Below are positions 26,206 to 30,230 of a stretch of 30,230 bases of DNA, in pieces. Each line of letters begins with the position of its first letter. The first letter of the stretch is position 1. This DNA comes from Candidatus Eiseniibacteriota bacterium. GTDB taxonomy: Bacteria > Joyebacterota > Joyebacteria > Joyebacterales > Joyebacteraceae. A model generated the notes under the pieces. It was not told where the DNA came from and searched no databases. It worked only from the letters and a program-made list of their open reading frames with translations. Both the position numbers and the translations under genes were made by a program. Location of the stretch: contig JBDRFG010000090.1 of NCBI GenBank assembly GCA_043819135.1, positions 1-30,230 on the forward strand, given 5' to 3'.

Positions 26206-26913
26206 ATGGCTCGAGAGCGTTCCCGGTTGAGCAGATTCAGGCGTCGGATCACGCGCTCAGACGCGTTCGTGGGTTTTCTCACGTTCGTGGCGAGCGTCGT
26301 CATCCGCGCGTACGCGCGGACCCTCCGAATAGAGAAGGACATCCACCCCGACGTGGCCGCGCTCGACCCCGCGAAGGTCCTGTACGCGTTCTGGCACGGC
26401 CGTCAATTCCTTCTGGCCCCGTCTTTCCGCCACCAGAACGTGGCGGTCATGACCGACCTCTCCTGGGCGGGCAGGATACAGGCGGGCATCATGACCAGGC
26501 TGGACTACCCGGTCGTCAGGGGCTCGAGCAGGCGCCGGGCGGCCCAGGCTCTGGCGGAGATGAAGCGGGTCCTGGAGTCCGGATGCTCCGCGGCGTTCGC
26601 GGTCGACGGTCCCAGCGGCCCCGCGTGCAAATCGAAGCCGGGCATACTCTACCTGGCGCGCAAGCTCGGCTATCCGATAGTGCCGGTCGCCACGACCTCG
26701 CGCCCGTCATGGAGGATCAGGAGCACGTGGTGCCTCTACATGATGCCGGCACCGTTCTCCCGGGGTCTCGTGGTGATGGGGAGGCCGATCGCCGCGGCCG
26801 CCGACGGCACGCTCGAGGCGGAAGAACTGGACGAGATACTCACGGAGCTGACAAGAGCGGCGGACGAGCGGATCGGACCTCGGACAGACGCGGAGCAGGG
26901 CAAGCGGGCCTGA
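26206..26913 (+). CDS. DUF374 lysophospholipid acyltransferase family protein
   Basis: YAFWHGR, VRGSS, AVDGPSGP, KPGILYLA, PAPFSR. Confidence 0.85.
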   Translation: MARERSRLSRFRRRITRSDAFVGFLTFVASVVIRAYARTLRIEKDIHPDVAALDPAKVLYAFWHGRQFLLAPSFRHQNVAVMTDLSWAGRIQAGIMTRLDYPVVRGSSRRRAAQALAEMKRVLESGCSAAFAVDGPSGPACKSKPGILYLARKLGYPIVPVATTSRPSWRIRSTWCLYMMPAPFSRGLVVMGRPIAAAADGTLEAEELDEILTELTRAADERIGPRTDAEQGKRA

Positions 26914-26978
26914 CCGTCGCGGAAACCGCCGCAGGCAAGCGGGTGTGACAGCTCCGGAAACAGCAGCAGGGGGACAGC

Positions 26979-27377
26979 ATGGCCGACAAGATCGTCAGGA
27001 CGGACGACGAGTGGAAGAAGCTCCTGACGGAGGATCAGTACAGGGTTCTCCGCGAGAAGGGAACGGAGTCGCCGAACTCAGGGAAGTACTACCAGTTCAG
27101 CAGGCCCGGCGTGTTCCTGTGCTCCGCCTGCGGCAACAAGCTCTTCAGTTCGGAAGCCAAGTTCGAGTCCGGGACGGGATGGCCGAGCTTCTGGGGGGCG
27201 GTGTCTCGTGACAGTCTGGAGACCGCGCCGGACCATTCCTCAGGCAGGGAGCGGACGGAGGTTCTCTGCGCGAGGTGCGGCGGGCATCTGGGCCACGTGT
27301 TCGCGGACGGGCCGGTCCCGACGGGCATGCGGTACTGCATCAACTCGGTGTCTCTGGAGTTCAAAGAAGAGGAGTAG
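26979..27377 (+). CDS. msrB: Peptide-methionine (R)-S-oxide reductase MsrB
   Basis: VLREKGTE, CSAC and CARC zinc pairs, SGTGWPSF, HLGHVF.DGP, RYCINS. Confidence 0.97.
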   Translation: MADKIVRTDDEWKKLLTEDQYRVLREKGTESPNSGKYYQFSRPGVFLCSACGNKLFSSEAKFESGTGWPSFWGAVSRDSLETAPDHSSGRERTEVLCARCGGHLGHVFADGPVPTGMRYCINSVSLEFKEEE

Positions 27378-27453
27378 AGGGCAGGACAGGGCGAACGCGG
27401 CGGAGGGCTCCGCCGAACCGCTCGCCGGCGGGCTCGGCCGGACAGCGTCCTCG

Positions 27454-28869
27454 CTAGCTGTCGGGCAGCTTCGGCCTCACGATGACGACCTTCTCCCGCG
27501 CGACGACGGCCAGACCAGGCTTGCCGCCGCGCGCCTTTCTTACATGCCGCTTCTCGGTGTAGCAGACGGATACCTTCGAGGACTTGCCGGCCTTGCTGTG
27601 GAACGCCGCGATGGCGGCGGCCTCGAGAATGGCCTGCCGGTCAGGCTCGGCCTTGTGCCCCGACTTCCTAAGTACGACGTGCGAGCCGGCCACCTGTCTC
27701 GCGTGGAACCACAGGTCGTCAGACTTCGCCATCTTGTGGGTCAGGAGGTCGTTGTCGTTATTCGACTTCCCGACCAGGACCTCCCAGCCCCCCGATATCC
27801 GGTACGTGCGGAACCGGACGCGCTCCTTCGGCACCTTCCTGTCCGAGACCTTCGGCGGAGCCCGCAGAAAACGCTCCTCGATGGCGACGATCTCGTCGGC
27901 CGATGCGGTGGCCAGGCGGTCGGCCGCTTCAAGGAACTCCGCGGCCTTTCCCTCGAGTTCTCCCATGCGCGAGGGCGCTCGTTCGCCTCTTCGCTCGGCC
28001 TTGCGCGCGCGCCGGAAGAACGCCTCCGCATTCTGCCGCGGCCCGAGCGTTGGATCCAGCTCGATCACGACGGGCGTCGATCCGTCGTAGTCAGTGAGCG
28101 TGTGACTTCTCGCTCCCCGGGCGATCTCGGCCTGGTGCATCAGCAACAGCTGTCCCATGTGCCGGTACCGGGTGGCGTTCTCCGAGTCGTCTATCTCGAC
28201 CTGGACCTTGTCCATGGCCCGGCGCGTTCTCTTCAGGCACCGCTCGATGACCTTCTCGACCGCCTCGCGTCGTCGTGCGAGGTCGAGTTCCGGCCACAGC
28301 TCGGTGAACATGAAGCAGGCGGCGGCGTTCAGGGTCTCGAAACCGCGCGTCTCCTCCGCCGGCTCGTTGCGGTTCTCGGAAGACAACCTGGCGTGCAGGC
28401 GTCCGCGCTCATCGTGCCATCTGGCGACCGTGGGGGCGGAGGCCCCGACCTCGGGCGCGACGGGATCGTGAGCGCGTCTCGCGTCGGACAGCACCAGAGA
28501 GGGGCTGCGGCCGAGGTCGATGGTCAGCCACCTCTCGATCGTGCGTCCCACCTGGCTGGTCCATTGGAGATGCGCGACCGCCCCGGGCCTGTCCTCAAGC
28601 TGCGCCAACGACACGAGAACGGAGCCGCGCAGCTGCGAGACGAAGGGCGGCGCCGGGGCGTGACCCGGTCCCGGGGCCGGCCCCGGCCCGTCGAGAAGGA
28701 AGAGGATGGGCAGAGCCTTCATCGTGACGGCGCCAAGGAACACGCGCCGCTCGGACGCGAGTTCCAGCAGCAGGCAGTCGGCGCCGTGGGCCACGACGTC
28801 AGCCACCCTGGCCCCGGCCACGCGCGGGGCTATCTCGGCGATGAGTCTTCGAGCCGTCGTGGTATCCAA
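27454..28869 (-). CDS. rqcH: RqcH/NFACT (FbpA family) ribosome quality control protein, shortened
   Basis: Likely TTG start at 28869 (SD AGGAG; MDTTTARRLIAEI). Coiled-coil region with LDPTLGPRQNAEAFFRRARK. NFACT-R domain VGKSNNDNDLL, WFHARQVAGSHV, AAFHSK, KPG. Confidence 0.85.
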   Translation of the reverse strand: MDTTTARRLIAEIAPRVAGARVADVVAHGADCLLLELASERRVFLGAVTMKALPILFLLDGPGPAPGPGHAPAPPFVSQLRGSVLVSLAQLEDRPGAVAHLQWTSQVGRTIERWLTIDLGRSPSLVLSDARRAHDPVAPEVGASAPTVARWHDERGRLHARLSSENRNEPAEETRGFETLNAAACFMFTELWPELDLARRREAVEKVIERCLKRTRRAMDKVQVEIDDSENATRYRHMGQLLLMHQAEIARGARSHTLTDYDGSTPVVIELDPTLGPRQNAEAFFRRARKAERRGERAPSRMGELEGKAAEFLEAADRLATASADEIVAIEERFLRAPPKVSDRKVPKERVRFRTYRISGGWEVLVGKSNNDNDLLTHKMAKSDDLWFHARQVAGSHVVLRKSGHKAEPDRQAILEAAAIAAFHSKAGKSSKVSVCYTEKRHVRKARGGKPGLAVVAREKVVIVRPKLPDS

Positions 28870-29045
28870 GCGCAGCTCCTGGAGGTGCGAACCGACCCGC
28901 ACGCCGCTGCCGTCGCGGACGAGAGCGTTGGTTCTGAATGAGGCTACAGTCTACGGCAGGGGAACGCCGCAGTCCAGAGACAGGGCCGGCGATGGTCGGC
29001 GTGGTCCCACAATCGCCCGAAACCGCCCGAAATCTCCGGATTACG

Positions 29046-29074
29046 TTGACCGGCCCGGACTCAGGAAGTATAGT
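29046..29074 (+). promoter_or_regulatory. Sigma70-type promoter of the yicC operon
   Basis: TTGACC (29046-29051), 17 nt, TATAGT (29069-29074), 37 nt before the start codon. Confidence 0.75.
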
Positions 29075-29111
29075 ACCAGTTTACTATGATACCTGGGAAG
29101 GAGGGACACCT

Positions 29112-29987
29112 GTGCTCAGAAGCATGACCGGCTACGGTTGCTCGGAGAGGGCAGGCGATGACCAGCGCATCAGGGTAGAGATGCGATCAGTCAACCAGCG
29201 CTTCCTCGACGTGCAGATCAAGGCCCCACGCACGATGCTCCAGGTCGAGGACAGGATCCGCAAACTTGTCGAGTCCGTTCTGGCCCGAGGCCGCGTTACG
29301 GTCTACATTGAGTGGAAGAGCGCCGCGGACGAGATCCCGACGGTGAACATACCCGCAGCGCACGAGCTCATCAGGCAGCTCAGGCTGCTGGGCGACGAGC
29401 TCTCCATACCCGGCGAGATCGACCTCTCCGTCGTCACGCAGTTTCCCCAGATCTTCGAGCAGGGCTCGGACGTGCCTGGAGCCGACGAGGTGTGGTCGTC
29501 CCTGGGGCCCGTATTGTCCGAAGCTCTGGATGGGCTCGTTGCCATGCGCGACGCCGAGGGGACGGAACTCAAGGCGGAACTCGAGGGAAGGCTCAACGCC
29601 ATAGAAGGTATCGTATCAACGCTGGTCGAATCATCTCCCGGAGCAGCGGCCGCAGCGAAGGAACGCCTCACCGCGAGGATCGCGGCGCTCCTGGACGGCT
29701 CCGTACCCATCGATGAGACGCGTCTGGCTCAGGAGGTCGCCGTCGCGGCAGAGCGCGCGGACTTCACAGAGGAGACCGTCAGGCTCGGCGCGCACGTCTC
29801 GCAGTCGCGCGAGTGCCTGAGCGCCGACGAGCCCGTCGGCAAGCGGTTCAACTTCCTCGTGCAGGAGATGCTGAGAGAGGCGAACACCATCGGGTCGAAG
29901 GGCGGCGACATCGGCGTCACCGGCCCAGTGCTGTCGCTCAAGGAAGAAATCGAGAAGCTCCGCGAGCAGGTCCAGAACGTTGAGTAG
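29112..29987 (+). CDS. yicC: YicC/YloC family endoribonuclease
   Basis: GTG 29112 (MLRSMTGYG), RSVNQRFLD, RGRV, DFTEETVRL, GKRFNFLVQEMLREANTIGSK, EKLREQVQNVE. Confidence 0.95.
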   Translation: MLRSMTGYGCSERAGDDQRIRVEMRSVNQRFLDVQIKAPRTMLQVEDRIRKLVESVLARGRVTVYIEWKSAADEIPTVNIPAAHELIRQLRLLGDELSIPGEIDLSVVTQFPQIFEQGSDVPGADEVWSSLGPVLSEALDGLVAMRDAEGTELKAELEGRLNAIEGIVSTLVESSPGAAAAAKERLTARIAALLDGSVPIDETRLAQEVAVAAERADFTEETVRLGAHVSQSRECLSADEPVGKRFNFLVQEMLREANTIGSKGGDIGVTGPVLSLKEEIEKLREQVQNVE

Positions 29988-29999
29988 GGAGGCCGGGGG

Positions 30000-30230
30000 T
30001 TGAACAATCCTCTCCTGAACATCGGCTTCGGCAACGTGGTGGCGGCGGAACGCGTCGTGGCCATCATTACGCCGGGCTCGGCGCCGGTTAAGCGGCTCAA
30101 GGACCACGCGCGCGACACGGGGAAGCTCGTTGACGCGACGCAGGGCCGGAGAACCCGCGCCGTTATCGTCACTGACAGCGATCACGTCATTCTGTCCGCC
30201 GTCGCGGCCGAGACCATCACTTCGAGGCTC
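30000..30230 (+). CDS. remA: RemA / DUF370 family protein (runs off the window end)
   Basis: SD GGGAGG and TTG 30000: [22 protein letters not shown]...SAPVKRL...[25 protein letters not shown]. Usual position after yicC/yloC. Absent from the ORF track. Confidence 0.92.
   Translation, partial: MNNPLLNIGFGNVVAAERVVAIITPGSAPVKRLKDHARDTGKLVDATQGRRTRAVIVTDSDHVILSAVAAETITSRL

Noticed and set aside
27398..27415. Hairpin between convergent msrB and rqcH
   Set aside because: Short GC stem without a U-tract on either strand; not enough to call a terminator.

Overview
GC-rich bacterial chromosomal window, mostly + strand, with no mobile element, CRISPR array, rRNA or tRNA seen. A secreted papain-like protease with a 'PNPF...WDG...SGVY' FlgD-Ig/T9SS-like C-terminus suggests an FCB-group candidate phylum (inference). 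Layout: (1) 130-7410: a structured 5' leader with a 19-aa uORF, a 61-aa microprotein made of the N- and C-termini of the downstream enzymes, and an array of seven GNAT acetyltransferase genes (six paralogous double-GNATs plus one unrelated, apparently internally deleted GNAT). (2) 7433-16212: two hypothetical genes, a 31-aa uORF that mimics the signal peptide of the next gene, an S41 peptidase, a tricorn-like protease and a convergent C1A protease. (3) 16527-27377: AlkD-like protein, O-methyltransferase, iron-sulfur flavoprotein, arfB, an Smr gene with an in-frame UGA followed by a SECIS-like hairpin, asparaginase, methyltransferase, ATP-grasp protein, S9 peptidase, a 42-aa PAS-like remnant, serpin, DUF374 protein and msrB. 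(4) rqcH/NFACT (- strand) divergent from yicC-remA. The main leads are the GNAT array with its leader and microprotein, the recurring miniature copies of neighbouring or family genes, and possible UGA recoding of Smr next to arfB. Family assignments come from motif recognition; no database searches were run.
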